Below, one piece after another: positions 1 to 8,700 of a stretch of 20,000 nucleotides of DNA (its first letter is position 1; every line of letters starts with the position of its first letter). The notes beneath the pieces are model-generated. The model worked only from the letters and a program-made list of their open reading frames with translations, did not search any database and was not told the DNA's origin. The position numbers and the translations under genes are program-made. Origin of the DNA: an uncultured virus (IMG/VR IMGVR_UViG_3300022841_000001) (taxonomy: Duplodnaviria > Heunggongvirae > Uroviricota > Caudoviricetes > Crassvirales). The stretch is taken from IMG/VR virus record IMGVR_UViG_3300022841_000001; one strand, written 5' to 3'.

Positions 1-180
1 GAAAGCTTACAATCAAGGGAAGATAATCGTGAAGAAGCAAAATCGGGAAGAATAAATCAGCAATCAACTCAGACCTCAAAAATGATTGAACAAAAAAAGA
101 GGGATTTACCTTCTATCAATTTTGAATCAAATGAGGATAGTTTGGATGGTTTTGACTTGGCTGAATTTGACCCTAGATAA
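1..180 (+). CDS. Portal protein, C-terminal 59 aa (5'-truncated by window)
   Basis: Frame 1 is open from base 1 to TAA at 178-180 (ESLQSREDNREEAKSGRINQQSTQTSKMIEQKKRDLPSINFESNEDSLDGFDLAEFDPR*). It lies directly upstream of the scaffold and capsid genes. The acidic C-terminal motif resembles, from memory, portal ends in this phage group. Confidence 0.65.
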   Translation, partial: ESLQSREDNREEAKSGRINQQSTQTSKMIEQKKRDLPSINFESNEDSLDGFDLAEFDPR

Positions 181-196
181 ATAGTAAAATAAGTAT

Positions 197-204
197 TAAC
201 TTTG
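197..204 (+). promoter_or_regulatory. Bacteroidota-type -7 promoter element (TAACTTTG)
   Basis: Exact TAnnTTTG match in the 39-bp gap after the portal stop, 15 nt before the scaffold ATG. No well-spaced -33 TTTG seen. Confidence 0.7.
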
Positions 205-219
205 TAAAAATCAAATCAA

Positions 220-1416
220 ATGAAAGTAAAAGCAGTAGAGGCAAACGCTGAAGAAAAATCAAGAGCAGAAGTTGAAGAGGGTTTATTAAAAAAACACGAA
301 GATCAATACGAACCTACGGAAGAAAAAGATGATGGTATTGATAGGGTAAGTTTTGTTGATGGAGGGAATCAAACCACATCTAGTAACACTGGAGAAGCTA
401 CAAGTGACACGACCGTCACTAGTGATCCTGAAGGTGGAAACGATTTAGTAGATACAGAGGTTTCGACTACTAAAAAAGAATTAGAAGAAAAAGATATTCT
501 TTCATATATAAAGAATAGATATAACAAGGATATACTTTCTGTTGATGAATTGTTTGCGGAAAAAGAGGCAAACGCTGAGTTACCGGAAGATGTATCTAAG
601 TATTTAAAGTACAAGCAGGAAACTGGGCGTGGTATTAATGACTTTTATGAATTACAAAAAGACATTGAGACTATGGACGACAGCGCTGTACTTGCTAGTT
701 ATTATGGATCAACTGAAGAAGGTTTAGACGCTCAGGATATTCAAGACATTATTGAAGATAAGTTTTCATATGATGAAGATTTAGATGATGAAAAGGATAT
801 TAGAAAAATAAAACTAGCGAAGAAACGAGAACTTTCGAAAGCGAAAAAGTTTTTAAATGAACAGAAAGATATGTACGGTGTTCCTCTTGAGTCAAGTGGG
901 AGTGGGTTATCTGGAAATCAGGAACAAGACTTAGCAGCTTACAAAAAGTCAATCGAGGATTCAAAAAGTGTAACGGAGCAAAACAGTAAAAGGTATGATT
1001 ATTTCTTAAATAAAACCGAGTCGGTTTTTAACAATGAGTTCAAAGGTTTTGAATTCGAAGTTGGTGAAAAAAATATTACCTTTAAGTCAGGCGACACAAG
1101 TGAACTTAAAAATGTTCAATCTGATGTTAATAATTTCATTAACAAATTTATGGACAAGGATGGTTTAATTATGGATGCAAAAGGATATCATAAGGCTTTA
1201 TCAGTCGCTATGAATCCTGATAAGTTTGCTAAACACTTTTACGAACAGGGAGCAGCTTCTGCTTTAGACAGCTCTAATAGGAAGTCTAAAAACATCAATA
1301 TGGATGTTAGGCAGCAGTCTCAAGTGTCATCCAAGAATGGGATAACAATTAGACCTGTAAGTAAAGGTAACGACAGCGGAAGGGGTCTGAAGATTAGAAG
1401 TACAAGGAAAAATTAA
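220..1416 (+). CDS. Putative capsid scaffolding/assembly protein (398 aa)
   Basis: Very acidic, with a low-complexity N-terminus, a helical charged middle and a short basic C-terminal tail (GRGLKIRSTRKN). Lies between portal and MCP. Confidence 0.65.
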   Translation: MKVKAVEANAEEKSRAEVEEGLLKKHEDQYEPTEEKDDGIDRVSFVDGGNQTTSSNTGEATSDTTVTSDPEGGNDLVDTEVSTTKKELEEKDILSYIKNRYNKDILSVDELFAEKEANAELPEDVSKYLKYKQETGRGINDFYELQKDIETMDDSAVLASYYGSTEEGLDAQDIQDIIEDKFSYDEDLDDEKDIRKIKLAKKRELSKAKKFLNEQKDMYGVPLESSGSGLSGNQEQDLAAYKKSIEDSKSVTEQNSKRYDYFLNKTESVFNNEFKGFEFEVGEKNITFKSGDTSELKNVQSDVNNFINKFMDKDGLIMDAKGYHKALSVAMNPDKFAKHFYEQGAASALDSSNRKSKNINMDVRQQSQVSSKNGITIRPVSKGNDSGRGLKIRSTRKN

Positions 1417-1437
1417 TAATTAAAAAAAATCAAAATT

Positions 1438-2895
1438 ATGCCAGTAAATGCAACACCGGGATTTGATTTGCAGCCAAGTGCGCAACAAACTCCATTAGCA
1501 ACAAACTACATAAGCAACTTTGATTTCTTAAATCAGTATCTTCCTGATACTTATGAAAAGGAATTTGAGCGTTATGGAAACAGATCAGTAGCATCATTCT
1601 TAAGAATGGTTGGTGCTGAATTACCTTCAACTTCTGACCTTATTAAATGGACAGAACAAGGAAGGTTACACACGAAGTACCAGGCGGTAACTTCTTCAGG
1701 ATCGATTGGTGCTGATTCGGCAGTTTGGACTATTCCAAACACGTCAACAAACTTTAACCCAGCATTAGGTGGGACATCTAGCCAAGCAGCTTTAAGAGCT
1801 GGTCAAACGGTTATGATTTCTGATAATAGCTCAAATTCTTCTGCACAGAACAAGGGTATTATTACTGTTGCTCCAACGGCTTCAAACCCGAATGTAGTAA
1901 CAATTGCTTACTATGAGTCTGCTGGTCAGACGATGGATGCAGGAATATCTTGTGATATTTTTGTATATGGTTCTGAATTCGCTAAAGGCGTAGAAGGAAT
2001 GAAGGGTTCTTTAGAAGCTAACAACTATTTCTTCCAAAACAAACCAATCATAATCAAGGACAAGTATTCTGTTTCGGGTTCTGATATGGCTCAAATTGGA
2101 TGGGTAGAAGTTGAAGGCGACAATGGAGTTGGGTACTTATGGTACTTAAAATCTGAGCATGAAACAAGATTACGTTTTGAGGATTATTTAGAAACAGCGA
2201 TGATTGAAGCAGTTCCTGCTGAAGCAGCGTCTGGAGCTGGAGATTACTTACAAGGCGTAGGTGCAGGACTTAGTGCTGTAAACGAGTCTGGTTCAGAAGG
2301 AATTTTCTACGTTGTAGGAAATAGAGGAAATGTTTTTGGTGGTGGTAACCCTACTACTTTGGCACAATTTGATAACATTATTCAGAGACTTGATAAGCAG
2401 GGATCTATTGAGGAGAATGTTATTTTTGTGGACAGACAGTTCTCATTTGATATTGACGATATGTTAGCTTCTCAAAACTCTTATGGAGATGGAGGAACTT
2501 CTTATGGTTTATTTGACAATGACAAGGACATGGCATTGAATTTAGGTTTTACAGGTTTCCGTAGAGGTTATGACTTTTACAAGTCTGACTGGAAATACTT
2601 AAACGATCCTACAATGAGAGGTGGTATAAATGCAGGAGCAGTTAATGGACTTTTAGTTCCAGCTGGTTCTACAACTGTTTATGACCAAGTCTTAGGAAAG
2701 AACGCTAAGAGACCATTCTTACACGTTCGTTATAGAGCTTCAGAAACTGAAGACAGACGTTACAAGTCTTGGATTACTGGTTCTGCTGGTGGTGTTTCGA
2801 CAAGTGATTTGGATGCAATGGAGGTAAACTTCTTGTCTGAAAGAGCAGTATGTACTTTAGGTGCAAACAACTTTTTCTTATTCCAACAAGCATAA
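1438..2895 (+). CDS. Major capsid protein (485 aa, presumed HK97 fold with an insertion domain)
   Basis: Size, position after the scaffold, strongly biased codons and a downstream terminator. Motifs (EFERYGNRS, WTEQGRLH, GFTGFRRGYDFYK, FLSERAVCTLGANNF) resemble MCPs of marine Bacteroidota podophages. Confidence 0.85.
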   Translation: MPVNATPGFDLQPSAQQTPLATNYISNFDFLNQYLPDTYEKEFERYGNRSVASFLRMVGAELPSTSDLIKWTEQGRLHTKYQAVTSSGSIGADSAVWTIPNTSTNFNPALGGTSSQAALRAGQTVMISDNSSNSSAQNKGIITVAPTASNPNVVTIAYYESAGQTMDAGISCDIFVYGSEFAKGVEGMKGSLEANNYFFQNKPIIIKDKYSVSGSDMAQIGWVEVEGDNGVGYLWYLKSEHETRLRFEDYLETAMIEAVPAEAASGAGDYLQGVGAGLSAVNESGSEGIFYVVGNRGNVFGGGNPTTLAQFDNIIQRLDKQGSIEENVIFVDRQFSFDIDDMLASQNSYGDGGTSYGLFDNDKDMALNLGFTGFRRGYDFYKSDWKYLNDPTMRGGINAGAVNGLLVPAGSTTVYDQVLGKNAKRPFLHVRYRASETEDRRYKSWITGSAGGVSTSDLDAMEVNFLSERAVCTLGANNFFLFQQA

Positions 2896-2911
2896 GTAAA
2901 TAAGTAGTATT

Positions 2912-2943
2912 AAATGGGGATTGATTTATCTTTCCCCATTTTT
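2912..2943 (+). terminator. Intrinsic terminator after MCP
   Basis: AAATGGGGA (2912-2920) pairs with TCCCCATTT (2933-2941) around a 12-nt loop, ending in a T run, 16 nt after the MCP stop. Confidence 0.8.
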
Positions 2944-2968
2944 ATAAATCAAATTTAATCATATCATA

Positions 2969-3721
2969 ATGAAAGAAAAACAACAGTACAAAGCAAAAGC
3001 TTATCGTTTAAAAGGGAGTAAAGCTCCTTTATCATACATGTTATCTTCTAGGCACTCACAGAGGTCTCCTCTATTGTACTTTGACGAAACTAAAGGAACA
3101 AATAGACCATTGCGTTATGCGCGTAATCAGAAGTCCGCTTTTGAGGATGAACAGGATGGTAATGCTATTATAGAGCCTATTGTTTTCGAAGACGGTTTAT
3201 TAACCGTTTCAAAGGAAAACCAAATATTACAAAAGTTTTTACACTTGCACCCAAGTAATGGAAACGTATTTGAAGAAATAAATAAAGAGCGTGATGCTTC
3301 TCAGGAACTAGAAAATGTTGAAACGGCACTAGATGCTCAGATTTCAGCAAAAGAAATAACAAAAGATACACTTAAGCTTACTCAGATTTGTCGTGTATTA
3401 ATGGGTAATTCTATTGAGAACATGACTATTCCTGAATTAAAAAGAGATTTACTAGTTTATGCTAGAAACAATCCTGAAGAATTCTTGGATACTATTAATG
3501 ATCCGATGCTTGAACTGATGGATGATGTTCATCAATTTTTCAACTCTACTTTACTAGGTTTTAGAAACAACAATAAAGATGTTTACTATAATTTAAGTAA
3601 TAATAAAAAGAAGATGCTAACTGTTCCGTTTGGAGAAGATCCTTACTTTATTGTTTCATCTTTCATGCAGAGTGATGAAGGTGTAGAGGTTTACAAGCTT
3701 CTTAAAGGTAAGATTAAATAA
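2969..3721 (+). CDS. Conserved phage protein downstream of MCP (250 aa), probably virion/head associated
   Basis: Clean ORF with normal codon usage in the post-MCP slot, bracketed by two terminators. No recognisable catalytic motif. Confidence 0.6.
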   Translation: MKEKQQYKAKAYRLKGSKAPLSYMLSSRHSQRSPLLYFDETKGTNRPLRYARNQKSAFEDEQDGNAIIEPIVFEDGLLTVSKENQILQKFLHLHPSNGNVFEEINKERDASQELENVETALDAQISAKEITKDTLKLTQICRVLMGNSIENMTIPELKRDLLVYARNNPEEFLDTINDPMLELMDDVHQFFNSTLLGFRNNNKDVYYNLSNNKKKMLTVPFGEDPYFIVSSFMQSDEGVEVYKLLKGKIK

Positions 3722-3742
3722 GATTTTACAAAATATACTAAG

Positions 3743-3775
3743 AACACTCTAAATAATTTAGGGTGTTTTTTTTTT
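3743..3775 (+). terminator. Intrinsic terminator
   Basis: 11-bp stem AACACTCTAAA / TTTAGGGTGTT (one G-U pair) with a TAA loop. The 3' arm runs into a T10 tract (3766-3775). Confidence 0.85.
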
Positions 3776-3777
3776 GC

Positions 3778-3785
3778 TATATTTG
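3778..3785 (+). promoter_or_regulatory. Bacteroidota-type -7 promoter element (TATATTTG) for the tail genes
   Basis: Exact TAnnTTTG immediately after the terminator T tract, 15 nt before ATG 3801. This spacing is identical to that of the element at 197. Confidence 0.72.
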
Positions 3786-3800
3786 TAGAAAGAAATTATT

Positions 3801-4775
3801 ATGCCAATAAACGAAGTACGAAACACCGTATTAGCTATAGTTAATAAAAATAACTACGGATATATATCGCCACAAGACTTTAACTTATACTGTCAGCAGG
3901 CTCAGATGTCTATATTTGAAGATTATTTTTATGCTTATAACAATCAAATTGTTAAGGAGAATCAGAGAACATCTGGTACAGGATATGCGGATATTACAAA
4001 AGGACTAGTTGAGGTAATTGACGGATTTTCAGCTACACAAACATTAATAAATAATGGAGCAAATTTATTTTCGCTTCCTAGTAACTATTACTTAATCAAC
4101 AAACTAAACTACTACCCTATAATTGTGGCTTCAGGGAATATAACCCTGAATGCTGCTTTTACAATCAATGACACTGGAGCAACTTTTGTAACAAGCGGAG
4201 TTGTAGCAGGTCAATTAGTATCATCTACTTCTAAAGATGGTGTTACGGCTGGTCAGAGCGCATATATAACAAGCGTAAATAGCGAGACCTCACTATCAAT
4301 AACAGTTGACTTATTTTCAAAAGTATCTACTATTGGTGGTTCGTATACTATCGTTCTAGGTAACGGAATAGTTGAAGTTGAAAGAGTTAATCAGCATAAA
4401 ATATTTTACCTAAAGTCATCACCATTAACTTCTCCATCTACTGGTTATCCAGCTTATGTATTAGGTAATGCCACGACTACAGGTTATGGGAATATAATTA
4501 ATGTTTATCCAGAAACTTTAACAACACCGGGAACTATATTTGCACAGTACGTGAGGTACCCTATTGATCCAAAATGGACATACGTTGAGATTGTTTCAGG
4601 CGAGCCTGTATTCTCAGCCTCTCAAGATGACTACCAAGACTTCGAGTTACCCTTATCAGACGAACCTGCTTTAATAGCAAAAATATGTAAGTACGTAGGT
4701 ATTGAAATTAGAGAGCAAGATGTTTTTCAATTTGGTGCAAATGAGTTACAATCAGAACAACAAACACAACGATAA
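3801..4775 (+). CDS. Tail ring/adaptor protein 1 (P22 gp4 / tail tubular A-like), 324 aa
   Basis: N-terminal helical motif (NKNNYGYISPQDFNLYCQQAQ) and C-terminal YVRYPIDPKW...DFELP...LIAKICKYVGIEIRE resemble head-tail connector ring proteins. First gene of the tail block. Confidence 0.65.
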   Translation: MPINEVRNTVLAIVNKNNYGYISPQDFNLYCQQAQMSIFEDYFYAYNNQIVKENQRTSGTGYADITKGLVEVIDGFSATQTLINNGANLFSLPSNYYLINKLNYYPIIVASGNITLNAAFTINDTGATFVTSGVVAGQLVSSTSKDGVTAGQSAYITSVNSETSLSITVDLFSKVSTIGGSYTIVLGNGIVEVERVNQHKIFYLKSSPLTSPSTGYPAYVLGNATTTGYGNIINVYPETLTTPGTIFAQYVRYPIDPKWTYVEIVSGEPVFSASQDDYQDFELPLSDEPALIAKICKYVGIEIREQDVFQFGANELQSEQQTQR

Positions 4776-5699
4776 ATGGCATATATAAATGATTACGCAT
4801 ATTACCAAAATTCAGGTAACGAACCAAAAGATGCAAACTGGGGTTCATATCAGTATGTTTCTCTAGCGGATATCGTTAACAATTTTATGTTAATGTACCA
4901 AGGAAATCACGAGCTGGTAAATAATGTTGACCGTTATCAAGTTTTGTTTCACGCAAAGAGAGGGATTCAGGAGTTGAATTATGATGCAATGAAGGAAATT
5001 AAAATACTTCAATTAGATGTTACACTTCAACTTAGGTTTATACTTCCTCAAGATTATGTGAATTGGGTTAGGATTTCAGTTCATGCTGATGGTGTTTTAA
5101 AACCTCTTACAGAAAATATTCAAACTAACTGGTCAGGGGCTTATCTTCAAGATCACGATGCAAACATATTATTTGATGAAGACGGAAATGTGTTAAAGCC
5201 TGAGAATTCAGAGCTTGATTTAGAAAGAATAACAGGTGGTGAAAAAAGTATTTACCTGAATGATGGGAGTAGGTTTAATGGTTCTGAGGGTTACTGTTGT
5301 GATGGTGACTGGTATTTTGACTATGCAATTGGCGCACGTTTTGGTTTAAATACTGAAACAGCTAATTCAAACCCTACGTTTACAATAGATAAGCAATCAG
5401 GTGTAATTAATTTTAGCAACATCTCAAAAGCAGCATCTGTTGTTTTAGAGTATGTTTCTGATGGCATGGCTGGTGGTGTAGATTCTGAAGTTCAGTTAAA
5501 TAAGTTATTTGAAGAATACATTTATGCTTATGTAAAATACTCAATCCTAAATGGGAAATTAGCTGTTCAGGAATATGTGGTTAATAGAGCAAGAAAAGAT
5601 AAGTCTTCTTTACTTAGAAATGCTAAAATTAGATTAAGTAACATTCACCCTGGAAGACTCTTGCAGAATATGAGAGGCCAGAATAAATGGATAAAATAA
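4776..5699 (+). CDS. Tail ring/adaptor protein 2 (tail tubular A-like paralog), 307 aa
   Basis: HAKRGIQELNYD, ILPQDYVNWVRIS, VVLEYVSDG and EEYIYAYV motifs follow the LPxDY...LEY...helix layout of gp4-like ring proteins. Lies just before the nozzle gene. Confidence 0.62.
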   Translation: MAYINDYAYYQNSGNEPKDANWGSYQYVSLADIVNNFMLMYQGNHELVNNVDRYQVLFHAKRGIQELNYDAMKEIKILQLDVTLQLRFILPQDYVNWVRISVHADGVLKPLTENIQTNWSGAYLQDHDANILFDEDGNVLKPENSELDLERITGGEKSIYLNDGSRFNGSEGYCCDGDWYFDYAIGARFGLNTETANSNPTFTIDKQSGVINFSNISKAASVVLEYVSDGMAGGVDSEVQLNKLFEEYIYAYVKYSILNGKLAVQEYVVNRARKDKSSLLRNAKIRLSNIHPGRLLQNMRGQNKWIK

Positions 5700-5700
5700 T

Positions 5701-8700
5701 ATGCCAATAATTAATACAAACTTTGTTGCAGGTAGAATGAATAAGTCTGTTGACGAGAGACTTTTACCTCCAGGAGAATATATTGACGCACTTAATGTGA
5801 GGTTAGGTTCTACGGAAACTACTGAGATTGGAGCTGTTGAAAATGCAAAGGGTAACTCTAGACTTACAACGCTTAGTTATAAGGGGCAAGATTTAAGTCC
5901 TGCTGCTGTATGTATTGGCGCGTTTCAAGACGGTGTAAGAGAAACTTTGTATTGGTGGGTACACGATGATGAAAACCAAGCTGCCTCTGACGGAGTAGTA
6001 GATATGTTAGTGTCATACAACACGACTAGTCAGGTTATAAATTATCACGTTATTACTGAAGCTTTATTAAATTTTAATACAGATTATTTAATTACAGGAA
6101 TAAGTTTAATTGATGGTTTATTGTTTTGGACAGATGATTTAAATCCACCTAGATATATAAATATTCTTAGAAACTACGACTCTCCAGAGGACGATGTAGA
6201 CAAAATAAAAGAAGAAGACATTAGTGTAATTGTAAAAATCCCTGGTTTTGAAGATGCAGTAGATAACGTAACGCCATTACCCGTGCCTAAAATAACATTG
6301 TTAAATGTTCCGGGTGGAGAAAACTACATTAAAAATAGATTTCTTTGTTTTGCTTATAGGTATAGGTATTCTGATGGGCAGTATAGTGCTACATCATTAT
6401 TTAGTTTACCAGCGTTTTCAGCAAAACCTTTTGATTTTGATACTAAAAACTTTAATAATGCAGGTATGGAAAACCTGTATAATGGAGTCACTGTAGAGTA
6501 TTCTACAGGTAGTAAGAATGTGGTGGAAATTGATTTACTTTTTAAGGACACTAACGCAAATACAATTAATGTAATTGAACGATTTATAAAAGAAGATTAT
6601 GGTTGGGCAGATAATACTATACAATCATACGTTTTTACTAACAGTAAAATATACACTGTTTTAGGTGGAGATGAATTACTTCGACAGTACGATAATGTTC
6701 CTCGTCTAGCTAAGGCTCAGATAATACAAGGAAATCGATTAATGTATGGGAATTATGTTGATGGATATAACTTTACAACAGGTAGTTCTGAGGGTACTAG
6801 AGTGGCTTTAGATTATAACACAAAAATAGTTAACACACCAATACAGTCTCAGGAGTTGCCATTTGCAAGTTTTGGTACAGGACTTACTTACAGTATAGAT
6901 CCTTCAGATAGTAAAAGCTATATAAATAATATCCTTACTTTTGATTTGTCTTTAACAAACGGAAAGTTAATAAAAGGAGCTTTCATTGGTTTCATATTTA
7001 ATATTGAAAGTGAAGGAACTGCAGTAGGTTCCGGTCAGAGTGATAATCCTGCATGGTTAGCAAATGATCAGTTTAAAAATGCTAATTTTACTTTAGAGGT
7101 AAACATTACTTTAGATGATGATTACTCTTCAACGTATGATTTTCTTACTAGCGCTTTATTTCAAAATGCTATAGGAACAATTCTTAATACTAATTTTAAC
7201 CCATTGTCTACATCGGATCAAGGTTCTTCTTTGACTGATTTTTTTAACAATGAATTATCATCACCGTCAACTTCTTTTCAATTTTCTAAAACAAACAGTG
7301 GTGTTACTAGTTCTGTAATACAGCAGGGTTTTTTACTATCTGGTATATCTCCTGGGTCTGATACTTTTAATATACAGATTATAGGTATGCAGTATCAAAA
7401 CACAGATACAACACCCACAACTACAGATATTTACGAATATTTTAGATTTGTTAGTGGTGAAGCTGGTTTTAGTAATACGGTAAATACTGGTAGCTTACAT
7501 AGTAACAGAGATTATGAAACAGGTATTGTTTATAGTGATGGTTTCGGTAGGTCTTCTACGGTTTTAGTTTCGGAAAGAAATACAGTTTATGTAGAGCCAG
7601 GAAATAGTGATACCCAAAATACAATACAAGTAGCATTAAGTTCTCTTGCTCCATACTGGGCTGAGAGATACAAGTTTGTTGTTAAACCAAGTTTAGCAAA
7701 TTATGAAGTTATATACACTAATCTTTATTACGTAAGGCCTAGTGATAATATGGTTTTCTTTAAACTGGAGGGAGATAATGTAAATAAAGTAACAAAGGGT
7801 CAAACCCTAATAATAAAAGCAGATGTTTCAGGGCCTCTATCAAGACTTGAAAAAGCTGAAGTATTAGAAGTTCAGGCTGAGGCTAGGGACTTCTTGGCGC
7901 TAAGTAGTGAGTTAGGTGAAGATTCTAATCAACTAGCAGGTTTATACATGCAAATGAAAAACCAAAATTTCGACATTGTTATACCTGAAGATTCTGTAAT
8001 AGAATATGGAGAAATGGTTGTTAGGTCATCAAGTAACGGATGTACTTCTGGTAGAAAAATAGCTTATCCTTGCTACACTCAAGATGTGGTAGGTGATAGT
8101 TCTGCTACAACTAATTACACTGTTCCTGCTGGTTCATCTGTAAAAGTAAAAGTAAGAGCTTTTCGTAACGATACTTTTAATGGTAGAAGTTGCCAGGAAA
8201 TATTATGGGAATGGGATCAGCAATATATTTCAAGCGATGACTATTTAGATTTAAGAAAATGGTGGGTTGGAGATAATATAAATCCTGTAATTGCAGACCC
8301 AGGAAACTTGTCGGATGAAACAACTATAAATTACATTCAGTCTTTAGCGAATCCAAGTGGTACTCCTGGAAATGATATACTTGATACTAAGGGTGTTGCG
8401 GACAATGTTGAATGTGAAAGTTTTGAAGTAACATTTCAGTGGATACAAGGTGATTCTCAATCGGCTGATGACCCATTGTATTTAGGTGTAAGTTCAGGAA
8501 TGCACGGATGCTATAGACCTACACAGTCAAATAGAACTGCAGATCTTCATGTTGAGTTAATTGTTCAAAGAGCAAATACTTTAATGGTTTTTGAAAGCGA
8601 GCCTTTAGATGCGGATGCTGAACTATACTATGATGCTTCTGAATCTTTTCCTATTACACAGCCTGAAGGATTTCATTTGTCAGGAAATAATATTGGTTTA

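Noticed and set aside
359..448. +1-frame 29-aa ORF (MEGIKPHLVTLEKLQVTRPSLVILKVETI) in the acidic linker of the scaffold gene
   Set aside because: The setting resembles the nested gene at 18828, but it is short, has a T/G-rich start context and no recognisable motif, so chance is sufficient.
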